64,000 bases of DNA from Anolis carolinensis (Eukaryota), in the NCBI RefSeq assembly GCF_035594765.1, contig NC_085844.1, positions 226,316,107 through 226,380,106 on the forward strand, given 5' to 3'. Positions 48,423 through 61,511 of this stretch are shown here, one piece after another (positions within the stretch are counted from its first letter, which is position 1; every line of letters begins with the position of its first letter). A program made the translations under genes and the position numbers. The notes beneath the pieces were generated by a model. It was not told the DNA's origin. It did no database searches and worked only from the letters and a program-made list of their open reading frames with translations.

Positions 48423-48919
48423 GTAAGGAGATTGTTGCTTACAGTGTGACTGTGAAGAAGAAACCACTATTCCATATTTCATATTTAAATGAATCAGTGT
48501 TTTGAATGATAAGATTGAAGTATGCATATGCATACAGCTTTGAAGTAACAGGCCACAAATAACATTACATTTTATCAAGTTGCAAGTACACAGGATAAAA
48601 TAAAACCAATATTAAAAAGTAATTTTAGGGATAGGCATGCCATTATCTGTGAGTAATGTTTTCTGATTATTTTCAAAATGTTGTTTTAAATGACATTTTT
48701 AGAGGCATTTGTACTGGTTGTCTCAACCTTTATGCTATTTTCTTATCAATCACAATGTGTCTTTTTTAACTGTAGCAGCTAGTAACAATCTGGGCAATGC
48801 ATAAATCAATGTCTTTGTTTTTAGGTTCTACACCTGAGGATGACAGATAGCATTTTAAACACAGTAACAGGCAATGGGACCATTTTAAGTTCAAGCTCTG
48901 GGCAAGAGTCACATAAAAA

Positions 48920-49560
48920 AAAATCCCTTGGCTTTTGACACATTAGATTCAAGATACCCAGAAACAATATAATTGCATGCAGGCAATACATTTTTGTGGC
49001 TGAATAGTCTTGTGGTCTGATATGTTCTGACAAAATTGTTACACACAAAAATGGATGGATACCATCAGAAAGATAATGGAGAATTCAGAAGGCACAATGG
49101 GTTTTTAATTATTGCTTACGGATGATATAGCTGTCTACAGGTATATAATGAAGATAGCTTTTGGAAATCACCTATTTGAGAGCAAGAGGTATTTGGGAAA
49201 ATTAGCCAAATTTGAACATATGATTGACTTTTTATGATCCATTCTGGCCCAGTTTTGTCATGGCTGATCAGCAATAGCTTTCTAAGCCTTAAATGAAGAA
49301 TGGGTAGGCAATGCATAATACATATCTCTAATGTTCTAGTAATCAGGTTTTTCATGGATCCAGCACATTCCTGTGACAAATATGTGGTATTTGTGCATTT
49401 TAGGTTAACTCTGATGGATATCGTGCCAATATAATGGCACCAGCATTGTATGTAGGTAAGGGAACAAACAAATAAAGTTGTGTCCAAAATCAAGCAAAAT
49501 AAATTTAACAAGCTGAGATGTTTAAGAGCTTAAGACTGTGTGGAATTTATATACCAATAG
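48920..49560 (+). mobile_element. Possible ancient L1-like RT remnant
   Basis: AFDTLD- and TDDIAVY-like peptides in the expected order; very decayed. Confidence 0.3.
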
Positions 49561-52500
49561 TTATTAAAAACAATATAGGACCTCATCAGACGGGGCTTGG
49601 AAAGTGTCCTAGGATGCTTCCCCACTAGTCCAGCAATGGATGGACATGCTTCCCATCCCATGACGTTGTTGGACTTCTGGCGGAAGCCCCACCCACAACT
49701 GGAGTGAAAGCATCATGCAACACTTCCCTCCCAACATGGGGGCCTGCCCATGTTGTGCTACCTCCAACAGAGCCAGCACAGATCCTTGCCGGTTGGGCAA
49801 TGCTTCCCACGTGTGATGGGGAAAGCATCAGCATGAGGAATGATGGATTCGCCCCACTGCCCCTCTGTTTGGCAGCAAAGCGGAAAACTTTGCCTGGCTC
49901 ATGTGATAAAGTCAAGAGAGGCTAATAATTATGTTAAAAGGTAAATATGCATAAATCAATGGATAATTTCAGGAAATGTGTGGCCATTCAAAGTCCAGAT
50001 GTTATGGGACTGCAGTGTCCATAATTCCTAGTCATAGCATGGCCAAAGGTGAGGGATCAATCAAATTTCAGTCCTGTCTTAACTGGAGATACTTTTCCCA
50101 TCCCTCATACAGAGCAAACCTGTTGAAAGATAAAGCTGGTAGTCAAAACACATTTGATGCTTATTAGGTATGAAGTGATTCATCTTTATTTACTGTCACT
50201 GCATATTATCTGCCTTAGGACCTCTTCACACATAACCTTTTTTTGGCAGCGGGAATTTACAACTTCAGCCAAGGAACCTGATGGCTCTCATCATACCCCA
50301 GATAACTACTTTTGGGGTGGCTCTGTGGCTGAAGTTGAAAACGGTCACCACCAAAAAAAATGGTGGCGGCAGCAGGGTCCCCATCTTTCCATAGAGAAAG
50401 ATGAATTGAGCCTGCCAAAAACAGGCATCCCCTCATGTGATAGAGCAGGGGGGAAGCCATGATGGAGCGAGGTGCAAGGTGATAGATCCCCACACATGAC
50501 CGCTGCTGGGATGCCTTTGTTCCAGTGGCATGTCTGACATGGTCTCTAAACAAATGGTCTGGATTTTGCCTATTATGAGTCAATACCAGTGCTGTTGCTC
50601 AGTGGCACTTGTATATGTTTTGGAATTCTTGGATTCAGGGCCAGTTTTGCCATTTGGCCATGAGGAGACAAAGTATAGCTTTGGGGTGGCCCCCAAGGTT
50701 GTTTTTATGATCCTCAGCCTCTCAGACTTACCAGTTTCCTGGCAATCACATACATTTCATAGTGTAATTAAGCAAGGCATATTTAGTAGTGTTTTTCCCC
50801 TTGTTTCTTCCATTGAATTATAGCCTACAGACTATAATTCGTCATATAATTCAACATCATATTCGTTGATGGTCTCTTTCTACAGGTAGATGATACATGA
50901 ACTGCATAAACCAGCATATGAAGGCACATTCTTTTTCTTATTATCAGCTTTAAACTGGGTATATTCCAGAGATTCCGGCTTCTCAATTTGGAATGGTTAC
51001 TTTTTAATATATATAAAAAATTGCAAGCAATTCCCTCTTCTTTGATGAAACAAAATGCAGACACGTGCTTGAAAGGTGCCTGAATTTAAAAAGAAAAATT
51101 GAAAGAGGCTTTTTAGAAACATGACGAATGAATTATTTTCTTGACTGTTACATTTCTAGTTGGTAGCAAATGTAAGATTTCATCTCAGTATATCCATTGA
51201 CTTTTACATTATTTTGAATTATATGCTTTTGAATGTACCATTTCCTTGACTAATGTTTACTTGCTTTCAGTACTTCACTGTAATGAAATTACAGATTTGG
51301 GTATTTGAGGCTTCAAGACAGAAGTCAGTCACACTTTCATACTAACAACTTTAATATCTATGGAGACTGATTATATCACTTTTGCTTCATTCATTTTTTT
51401 TTTTATCAGTAATTCACATTATTCGTGAATCAACCAGTGACTGGAAACTGCTTAGATGTGTGTCTGTATTAATGCTGTTTGCATAATGTACCATACTGTT
51501 GTATTACACATTTTTAAAAATAAGTTCCCATTATAACCAAGTTCAATAACAGAAATATCTTCACAGGTTCTCCTTCAATATATTGTGTTTATTTATTTAT
51601 TTAGTTTGAACTTACAGATCACCCACCTGTCAATTTATGGCAATCACAAGCAATTTTTGTGTGGTTTTCTTAGGCAAAGAACACTCAGAGGTGGTTTTGC
51701 TAGCTCCTTCCTCGGTAATATAGTCCACAGCACCTGGTATTCATTGGTGATACCACATCCAGTTATTCACCTGAGATGACACTACTTTTCTAAATATTCC
51801 TTCTAAAAATTCAGGATGTAGCAGTTTGCTTTTACCTGAATCAAATCAAAAAAGTTAGAAGCAGGCCCGTAACTAGAAAAAAAGGAGGGATGTGGTTGAA
51901 ACATTTTTTTGCTAATCATGAAGAATAGGTCCATAACACAAAATAATTAAAATTACATTATTAATTCTATATTTTATATAGACTTAATTAAATCTGAGGG
52001 TATATTGAAGTGGTAACTAACTACCTGGAGTGTAGATCCTCTACCTTTGTGGATTTGATTAATATGGCTACCCTAGGAATCACTCGGTTCTCCATCTCAA
52101 TTTTGTGGTCACACCAGTGGACCTAGAGATTCCTAGAGAGGTGTTCTTCTAAGTAATTTTTTTAAATTTGTGGTTTTCCCATTCCTATGGAATTGTGTCT
52201 AATTTATGTTTTAAAGCAACTCTCCGAGCTCTGGTCTGAACATCAGATGTAGAACAAATACAGCAACAGCAGCAATACTAAGAAGAGCATGACTTGTTAG
52301 CAGAATCTTCGAACTGATTTATATATCTTGGCAAAGTATTCAGTGTCAGCCAGAAGATCTTCACAGTAATAGATCTTGCTGCAGAAGAGGTAATCAAGCA
52401 CTCGTTCCTATCAACATAACTAATATTTCTGTGAGGCATGAGCAAGGAATTATTTTAGCTTGGATCTCAAGAGTTGCAGCAAAAGAGAGCCAACCTCTAT

Positions 52501-52858
52501 TCTAGGCCAGTGGTTCCCAAGATGTGGATTGTCCAATGTTGTTGGAGGGTAGGCAGAGTTCAACAATGGAACTAAATATCCAGCACCATTTCACATTACA
52601 CAATTGTGACACTGTGATTCTACTTCAACTGCCATAGTTCTATCCTGTGAAGTCCTAGGTTTTGCATTTGAAGGAGGCACATTTAGAATTAATTAAAGCG
52701 TGCAGAGTTGCTGAACTTGCTGACTGAAAGGTCGGCGGTTCGAATCCAGGGAGTGGGATGAGCTCCCGCTGTTTGCCCCAACTTCTGCCATCTAGTAGTT
52801 CGAAAACATGCAAATGTGAGTAGATTAATAGGTACCTCTCCGGCAGGAAGGTAACAGC

Positions 52859-53704
52859 TGTGACACCTCAGGGCAGCGTGAGCACTGGGAATCAGACACG
52901 AAGGCCAATAAACAATCTAATATCTTTATTAAGGAAATAAAGGAGACAACTAAAAATAAGCAGAGTATATAGTCCAGCAGTAGACATTTCAGGAAAGGTC
53001 ATATATAGTCCAGTAATATGAAAGTAGATGTCCAGTATTAGAGTTCAAAGTTTTAAATCCAATAACCGAAACACACTCAAACCTTTAGGCTGTTTGAGTG
53101 GGGATTAAGGCAAGATCTGTCAAAGAGTTCCAGGGCTCAAATCCGAGGCTAGGATGCAAGGCAAGGCAAAGTTAGTCGTGGTAAAGCTGAATCGCTGTCC
53201 AGGCTTGACAGGGAGATGAGATGCAATGCTGGTCTACTCGAGAGTAGCGCACTGCAGAACTAGAGTCGATGTGAATTCCTCAACTGACATGTTGAACACC
53301 GCAAAAGCCAGTTGGCACCCAGAACTTTTATGGGACTTTGCTCTCCTCTCCAGCCAGGTGTCTGAAGTCTTTCCCAAGGGAAAATGACTAAAGTCAACAA
53401 CTTGCAAGATGCAATCCTCCCTGAGAACTCTCAAGAGAACTGGCTTAATTAACGCTTGCTTTCTCCGCTAATCGAGCGCTTCTCCTCAAAATCTGCTTTT
53501 CCTCGCGCGAAGCCTCCCAAAACAATTAGCGGTCAAACCTAGCATTCTCTGGAGAACCGGGCTGTGAGTCAAGGCCCTTTTTAATGAACTGTGGGCTAAA
53601 ACTGTCAACAGGGGACATCTGGAAAGGAGCGGAATCCCATCTCTTCTTCGGTTTGCTCCGTAATGGCGACGGGGTCATGACTCGGGGGTCTCTGAGACAC
53701 TACA
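52859..53704 (-). mobile_element. Gypsy-type solo LTR (846 bp), diverged relative of 20889-21733
   Basis: TG...CA termini; 5-bp TSD acagc/atagc; shares tctaatatctttattaagga and flanking sequence with the reverse complement of the first solo LTR. Confidence 0.9.
53445..53703 (-). pseudogene. Disrupted U3 reading frame homologous to 20890-21153
   Basis: VVSQRPPSHDPVAITEQTEEEMGF ... (one frameshift, one stop) ... QILRRSARLAEKASVN*. Confidence 0.55.
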
Positions 53705-54232
53705 ATAGCACTCCATGCAGTCATGCTGGCCACACCATCTTGGAGGCATCTACGGACAACGCCGACTCTTTGACTTAGAAATGGAGATGAGCACCAACCC
53801 CCAGAGTCGGACATGACTAGACTTAATGTCAAGGGGAAGCCTTACCTTTACCTATAGTGTTATAATTATGCAGCATGAAAGGGTCCTAGCAGCCATGGAT
53901 CCCAACAGGTTCCTAGATATTGCTACTAGACTTTAACTCCAAAGCTCTCACCATTGGTCATATGGGCTGGATTTTCCAGTAGCTGAAGCTTGACAAAGGA
54001 ACTGTCACTCTAGGTATTTGGTTGTTATTGAACTGTTCTTACCTTCAATAAGTTTCTTCTGATGTTTAGCTGATGTCCTTTACATTTAGATCTGTCTTTT
54101 GGAAGAAAAGAGAACAAATGTTTGTTTTCTTCTGTGTGACAGCCCTTCAAGTATTTGTAAAGTATTTGTAAAGTATTGCGGCTGTCATGTCCTTGGGTAC
54201 ACACTTGCCTACATTATCATATATTTTTGATA

Positions 54233-54498
54233 TACAATCATCCCTCCATATTTTTGTTTTTGACTTTTGTGGATTTGATTATTCACGGATTTGATTGAAA
54301 TGTTCACTAGGTCCTCCAGTGGGATTCTATGGTCAACTTCCAGCAAAAGTTAGCTATAGAATCATTCTGCGAGACCTACAGTAAAAAGTACCAAGAGATG
54401 CTCTCTCAGGTAAAAAAAAGCAGTTTGTTTATTTGCAGTTTTTCACTTTTTTGGGAGTCCTGTGTCCTAAACCCCAGCAAATATGGAGGGCTGGTGGT
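54233..54498. mobile_element. Tigger-like MITE
   Basis: Inverted ends ccctccatattt...aaatatggaggg with flanking ta; related sequence near 52020-52200. Confidence 0.55.
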
Positions 54499-54809
54499 AC
54501 TCACTTGCAGCACATTGTCTGTTTGGTAAAATTGGAACAGCAGGCTTAATTCTCATCCTGAAAACATGATTTACTTTAAAATTTCAATTCATATAACTTC
54601 TCCTTTGAGTGTTTAAAGGTCCATTAATACATTGCTTGACATGCTTAAGGTTACTTCAATCATTTGACATTTTATTTTATTTATTTAGTAAATTTACATC
54701 CTGCCATTATCTAAGCAATGGGGTACTTAATGTACAGATTACAACAAACCTGTAGTATTTTGCCCATCTTGTTCCTATAATATCTGGTTTTCACAGAACT
54801 TGGAAACAA

Positions 54810-55472
54810 TTAGTGACACCTTGACTTAAGAGTTTAATTTGTTCTCTGACAGATCTCTCAACTCAAAATGCTGTTATCTCAAAGTGAATTTGCCCATTGA
54901 AATGCTATTAATCTGTTCCAGCCCCCCGAACCCTCCCCCATTTTTGTTACATGTTTTTAAATAATAAAATGTATTTTATAAATAACAAATAATATATAAA
55001 TGTGCATTCATATGGAACAATAAAAAGAATGATCAACTTCAAAATGATAGAAGCACAAAGTTGTGGCAAGGAAGCACAAAGTGAAGAGGCAGAAGCATCA
55101 TTTTCTTCATACTGTACTCATTCTAGCCTCCCTCCCTCACTTGCTCTGTCCCCCCCCCCACCCCCCTTCATGAAGTCAAACATACCAGGAATGAAAACCA
55201 CATAAAATTATCTAACCCAAAGTTCCTCAAAGCAGACAAGAGCAAAGCAGGCTGCAATCTCCCAAAGCAGACAAGAGCATGAAGCACAAGGCACGGAAGC
55301 TGCTCCCTTCAAGCCCTAAAGCCCTGTAATGTTGTGCTAGCACTACCCCTCATACGAGCACTACTTAACTCTAAATGCTGCTCGTATGTCAAAGCGAAAC
55401 CCGGGCTGAGCGATGGCTCTTAACTCAAAATGCTCTTAAGTTGGGTCTCTCTTAAGCAGTGGTTCCACTGTA
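54810..55472. mobile_element. Tigger-like non-autonomous element
   Basis: caccttgacttaagag at the left and ctcttaagcagtggttccactgta at the right; aactcaaaatgct occurs near both ends. Confidence 0.45.
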
Positions 55473-55931
55473 TTTAAAATTGACTTGTTAATGCACAAGT
55501 TATTACAATTTTAAATAACAATTTAAAATGCTATTTTTGAATGGTTAAAGGTCAGATACATTAACAGGTAGAGTAATTATTAATGTATCAGGTCATTTCA
55601 ATTTGATATGGGATTTTGAGATGTGATTTAAAAAAAAACAACAGATTTTCAACTTAATTTAGTGAACTAATTTATTTATATTTTTAAATTAAAAAGTTGA
55701 ACTAGCAGGAAACTTAACACTATCGCAATACATTCGATCCAAGGGTAGCATTTTTGGAATTTCTGTCCACGTACCTTACATTAAACAGTGTTTATATACC
55801 AGAGGTGGGAACTTCTGTAGGACTTGGGGCATATTTTCCAAATGGCCGGCTGCTTGCTTTACATTCACCCAAAGGAACAGAGACTTAATGGTAAACGTAT
55901 GGAGATCAGTAGGAGTTTTAGTAGATAAAAT

Positions 55932-56079
55932 NNNNNNNNNNNNNNNNNNNNNNNNNNNNNNNNNNNNNNNNNNNNNNNNNNNNNNNNNNNNNNNNNNNNN
56001 NNNNNNNNNNNNNNNNNNNNNNNNNNNNNNNNNNNNNNNNNNNNNNNNNNNNNNNNNNNNNNNNNNNNNNNNNNNNNNN
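55932..56079. other. Assembly gap (148 N)
   Basis: Run of N. Confidence 1.
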
Positions 56080-56559
56080 TATTGATTTCACTGTCCTTTT
56101 TTTAATGTGAAGAGATAGACTCCTTCCCATTGCACTATGACTTCACTGGTTTTATTTGAAAAGATTAATTTATTTTAATGAGTTAAATATTATTCTGTCA
56201 GTAACAGTCCAGTCAGGAGTAAATATGAATTAATTATGCCATAAATTAAATCCTTTATAAAATGATTGTACTTTGGCCTAGAATAATTTTTCATTTTAAA
56301 TTAATTTTGGAAACTGTAAATTAACTTGCTATGATAGAGAAGCCCTAACTGCAGCAATGGCAGCAGAAGCAGCAAATTTACCTCTTTCTAATTTCCCGGA
56401 TAAATGATATGAAGTATTTGCAAAACTAAGATTTCTGCTGGACTGGTAATTGACAAGGTAATAATTGGTTTAGTTAAGCAAGTGACCTGTGCCAGTGTGG
56501 ATTGAGCCACTGATCTGTCACAGTAGATGAGCATAAGCCCCTTGATCTGGTCATGTAAG

Positions 56560-56694
56560 TGTGATTTATTGTTATAATTGTATTATTTTACTTTGTTTAA
56601 TAATGTGTATTATGTTGTTATGTAATGTTTGTGTTGCTTTTATGACTGTAAACCGCCCTGAGTCCCATCCGGGAGATAGGGCGGTATATAAATA

Positions 56695-56743
<49 letters not shown>
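56560..56743 (+). mobile_element. L2-like 3' tail ending in a (TTA)n microsatellite
   Basis: tgtaaaccgccctgagtcccatccgggagatagggcggtatataaataaag followed by ~15 tat/tta units (56698-56743). Confidence 0.75.
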
Positions 56744-56744
<1 letters not shown>

Positions 56745-57164
56745 GCAGAAAGAATTTGTGCTTGGGACCACTAACTTTCTTCATATGTGATTTTGCCCTG
56801 ATTTTAAAAATTTGGCTATAGTAAAGGAAGGTTGCTGTTGCTGTGGCTGCTGTGAGTCTTCAAGCTAACTCTGATTTATGGCAGCCCTATTATGGGATTT
56901 TGTTGGCAAGATTTATTCAGCGGAAGTTTACCAATGCCTTCCTCTTGCACAAAGTCACCTGAATGTGGATTTGAGCCCTGGACTTCTGAAGTTCCTTGTC
57001 CAGCACTCAAACCATTAGACCACATTGGCTCAGCGTACAAATGGCTGGAGTGAAATAAAATAAAATAAAATTCAGAGACAAGCACGTATCTGGGATTAGC
57101 AGAAGGCATACTCTTGATATTGCAGATTATGGACTTGTGATTTTTTTTTTCTACACGCAAAGCA

Positions 57165-57455
57165 CAGCAAGGCTATAAATAATGATCTGCAGCTGCTGAG
57201 CTGCTCGATGAACACCAGCTAGCTTATAAAAAGCTACTTTTTATTATACAGTATTTACACATTCAGTGAAAGGGGGAACTCTGTGGCGGTTCAGTTCAGA
57301 GATTGGAATGCATTCCCAGGGGTGGGGGGACTTCAGCCCTCCTTTAGCACTGCTTGGGCATAATTTCCTATTAAGGAAACTTTTGAGCAAGGGGAAATAG
57401 ATGGCTAGAGTCATTTTCTTCATCTTTGTCTGCTGTCCAAATGCAGCTGCTTGAG
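57165..57455. promoter_or_regulatory. Candidate striated-muscle enhancer in JPH2 intron 2
   Basis: MEF2 ctataaataa (57173-57182); E-boxes cagctg (57190, 57444); palindromic TEAD/MCAT ggaatgcattcc (57305-57316); CArG cctattaagg (57367-57376). Confidence 0.55.
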
Positions 57456-58754
57456 AAGGAAGGTTTGCAGTCTCCATACTAAGTTACTGCCTTTTTGTCT
57501 CTCTCCCATGATAACTCTGAATTCAGAGACCTGTTATTTAGAAGTTGCCAAATGCCTGGTTACTGGGTTGACCTAAACATTTTGAAAATATTACCTTAAA
57601 CTTCTTGGCTATATTTTTAAAAGAACAACAAACAGCATCCCGAGGCATTAGATGATAAATCATTCATCATCAAATGCATGAATCAATGTTTAAAAAACCA
57701 GGACAAGAAGTAAACATTCTCATTGTATCACTGGCTTAAAAGAGGAGTAAAAAAAGATTTTGCTTGCAGTCTGAAAACAGAGATTGGTTCAGGCGTGCAT
57801 GAACTGGAACAAAGATGCAGAAGGCAGATTTCACAATAAGAAGAGGGACAAGCTGTATCTCCCATCAGTCTAACGGATTAGAATGAACTAAGCGGTTCCT
57901 GCATATTTTAATGCATGTATGTGGTGGGGAGAAAGAGAGAAATTGGTCATATAATTTATTGTGTTGATGATGTGTTGTTTTCTAACAACTCCTGATCTGA
58001 TGGGCCTATCTTCTTCTGGGCATCTTTATATTGCCATGCTCTGCTAAAGTTTGGTGACATGGCTGAGAGAGTAAAGAAGCACTAATTTCTTCTGTTCATG
58101 GTCTGAACAAAGTGTTTGTTTTATGTGCACCTTTTTTAACCTAGAAGTATTGGTTTCTGTGTATCACTGAATTTTGGTGGCAAGCAATGATTGGGGGTGA
58201 CACCAGCTTCTGAGTAGATGAGTAAAGTATTTCCTTGAACTGACCAAATATAGTTTTAAAAGTACCTGCTCATTGGACTATACTGGAATAGAAATTCAAC
58301 AGCTTTTGGGACACCCCCAGTCCAATTTTCCACTTCCTGTACCCTCCCAATGAGCTTTTAAGCTAAAAAAAAAAAGACCCCATATGAGCAGTTTGGGGAA
58401 CACCCTGAAACACTGTGTAATTACGTATCTCAAGACAATAACTGAAAGTCATGAAACATTACTTCTGGTCTGCCAAAATGGCCTTCCAGTGATTGAAGAA
58501 GCGCCTTTTCATTTTTGATTTTTTTTTTTGCAGGTGTGGTATACTCATCTGCAAAGGCAGGATGGTGTTATGGTTAGAGTGCCAGGCTTAGTTTGTGGAG
58601 GTCTACTTGATCATCATGTTTCCCATTTCTCAGCCAGTTGTGTTGATACACTGGAATTGATTTATTATATGCCTCAATGAATCTCCTGAAGGAGGGGTAT
58701 TACTAAAAATACGATGAATGAAGGATAAATATGGTTTTGGTTACTGTTTTGCTT

Positions 58755-58897
58755 CGGGACATGAGAGAAACCTTCCACAAGGATGGCAAAACATTGAAAC
58801 ATCTGGGCGTCTCCTGGGCAACATCTTTGCAGACGGCCAATTTTCTCATACCAGAAGCAACTTACAGTTTCTCAGGTCACTCCTGACATGGAAAAAA
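58755..58897 (+). mobile_element. Anolis SINE2-like 3' fragment
   Basis: gggacatgagagaa...ctcctgacatggaaaaaa matches the 3' half of 8021-8320. Confidence 0.8.
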
Positions 58898-60114
58898 CCC
58901 CGTAAAAACAGGGAATGCTACAAATGATCAACAATACCAGATTTGCAAGCATACATTATATTTTTCACTTTAATATAAACATCCTGAAGGAAAGGAAGAA
59001 AAAAAAGACTGCAACTTTCAATTGATTTTGAATAGCTGTGTAGAACCTTTTGTACAGTAGTGCTAAGAACAATTTATCTAGAAGCACATTTTAAATATAA
59101 ACTATTTTATGTCCTTTCAGTGTAAACCATTACTCTCCTCCCATTTTTTTGGTCTTTAAACCCCCATCAAAAACCCACAACATAGCTCCTTGGAGACTTG
59201 ACTTTTGCCCAGCTTGTTTTTGTATTTCCTTTTTGTTTGTTTCAGTTATTTTTCCCCCAAAACACTAGGTTTAAATCATAGCTGTCTTTTCTGGGGAGCC
59301 AGTGTTCCATGTGTCCAAGGAGCACATTGAGCTTGCCCTTAGCATGACAGAGGCCTTGTCTGCTGAGACTTAAGCTGCACCCTCCATATCAGTTTCCTGG
59401 CACTTCTAAGCCAATCACGCTCTTAAGCAATGTTAACTTATATGTCCAGTGTGCTCAGCATTTCACATCTACATTACATAGGCAGGAATGAGAGTCTCCT
59501 TGGGGGACACAGTTGGAGTAGGGTGTAAATGACATATTGAAAGCACTCACGTCAGCAGATAAGTCTCTGACTAAATATGGGAATGCATAGCAATGGTTTA
59601 TCAGAACAGCAAGAGAATACAACCACTGGGAAGCAAAGCTGTTATCCGCTAAAGCACGAACTGTTTACATAGATCCCAACTGAGTGCTTCCAGTATTGAA
59701 ATAATGGGTTACGTATTAGTTCGGCACAATGCTCATAGGATTGCATGACACAACATCTTGTAGAGACACTGACATTGTCTTGTGAGCTTCCCCCAGAAAA
59801 CAAAAATTCCTGCGCTTCATTAGACAGGAAGTGCTGGGATTTTACTGTTACTATAGGCAAGTGGTTGAAAAATTAGAAATGAAATGATGCTCAGATTCCT
59901 CCTATCTGAATAGTGGCACTTCAATGTCTTTCCACTTCATCTCCACTTCCCCATTGTTCTTCATTTTTCTCTCTTTTCCTTTTAATTCTGTAAATTTGAT
60001 TTAAATAAACCTGAATATTACACCTAGGATAAGTTATGTGCATCAGGTAGCTGTAGAAATATGCTGGAGACTGTATGGAGAATCTAAGAACTTTATTTAC
60101 ACTCCTATAATTGC

Positions 60115-60290
60115 CATTGCTGAATGCTATGGAATAAAGGGGGCTTTCTAGTTTTACAAAGTCTTTTGCCTTCTCTGCCAAATAATGTTGTTACCTCAGC
60201 AAACTACAAATCCCCATGATTCTATAACATTGAGTAATGGCAGTTAAAGTGGTATCAATCTTCATTAGTGTTAAAGTGTAGATTCACCCT
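60115..60290. mobile_element. Harbinger-like MITE (partial)
   Basis: gccttctctgccaa...aaactacaa...ggcagttaaagtggtatcaa...agtgtaga. Confidence 0.55.
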
Positions 60291-61295
60291 GAGTCTTTTT
60301 GAAGGAGAAATGCATCTTATTGTATTTGGTTGTATGTTACGGCACTTCTACTACTCGTCTTCTCCAACCTCATGCCTTCTGGATGTCACTGAGCAATTCA
60401 CCTGCAGGGCACTCAGAAGGAGAAAGCTGCCTTGAACAGCCAACCCATTCCATCGTGAGAGGTATGCCTGTGGAAGCTCACTTCTGCACAGATCAGTAAG
60501 CTGAATGCACATTGCCATCTATGCTGTGATGATCATCCATATCCCACTAAATGTTTTTTTGATGCAGATGAGGATTCCTACCACACCCAAGGCAGCTGGG
60601 CTCAGATAGAATTGATTTGCGGCCAACGTGCTGATCATTCAGGTTCTAACCAACCACTCCCTCACCCAACAGTCCCTTTCATCTCTGACATGTAGCTTTT
60701 GAAAGGATTATTTTTTGCTAGCGGAGAGATTAGGCAGCAGAAAAAAATGCTTCTAAGGATTTGTCTGCACCAGATTTTTATTCTGGGCCAGTGATGATAT
60801 GACACACATGGAATGTGCATTAGACTTTTGATGCCTTCACTGGGCTCATCCATAGGAATCTTGATTTGGGGAGTTGCATGCAGAAAACCTCAGCTCAAGC
60901 TAAGTACTGCAGACAGAAACAGATGCCATATGCATGGCAGAAATATGCACCAAACCATCTCTGTCTCTTTGTTAATCAGCTCACTCTGGTTTTCTAGGAG
61001 TGGATTTCCATGCATTCAACTCTGCACTGCATTTTTTTTTCTTAATTCAGATTTAACTTGTCAGAATTCCAGCATTAATTCTGGAAGTGGAGCATATTAA
61101 GTTTTTCCACAGCTTTCAATTTTTCTTTATCAGTATGCACATTGTAAAAACAGAGCTGTAAGCGGGTCGCAGAAAGAAACTTGAAGCAAAGTCCAGCTGT
61201 TCAGCCAAGTTGTCAAAGCCAAGACAAGCACTGACACTCCAGAACAAGGAAGTCCTTAGCAAGTCTATAGGGGCAAAATAATCATAATCATAATA

Positions 61296-61511
61296 ATTGC
61301 ACTTAAAAACTTAAACACAATCGGGGTTGACAAAATTACCATCTTTCACCTGCAAAGATGAAAGATCTGCACACATTATTCACTGATACATCATACAGTC
61401 CTAGACACTTGGGAAGTATCCGACGTTTGATCCAATACAACAGCCAGCATAGTGATCTTGTTTGCTGTCTACTAATCTTGTTGTGTATCAATAACAACAA
61501 CAACAATAATA
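61296..61511 (+). mobile_element. R4/Dong-clade 3' fragment
   Basis: cagtcctagacacttgggaagt is shared with 26636-27163; (taa/caa)n tail; a taa-rich run also lies upstream. Confidence 0.7.

Larger units (their letters stand above)
52690..53853 (+). mobile_element. Sauria SINE interrupted by a solo LTR
   Basis: 5' part ends ggaaggtaacagc (52858); 3' part resumes actccatgcagtcatg (53710) and ends in the accttta tail. Confidence 0.9.

Noticed and set aside
55888-56130. ORFs spanning X runs
   Set aside because: Artefacts of the N gap.
56572-56784. Poly-Ile ORF resembling a membrane peptide
   Set aside because: Translation of the (TTA)n microsatellite at an L2 tail.
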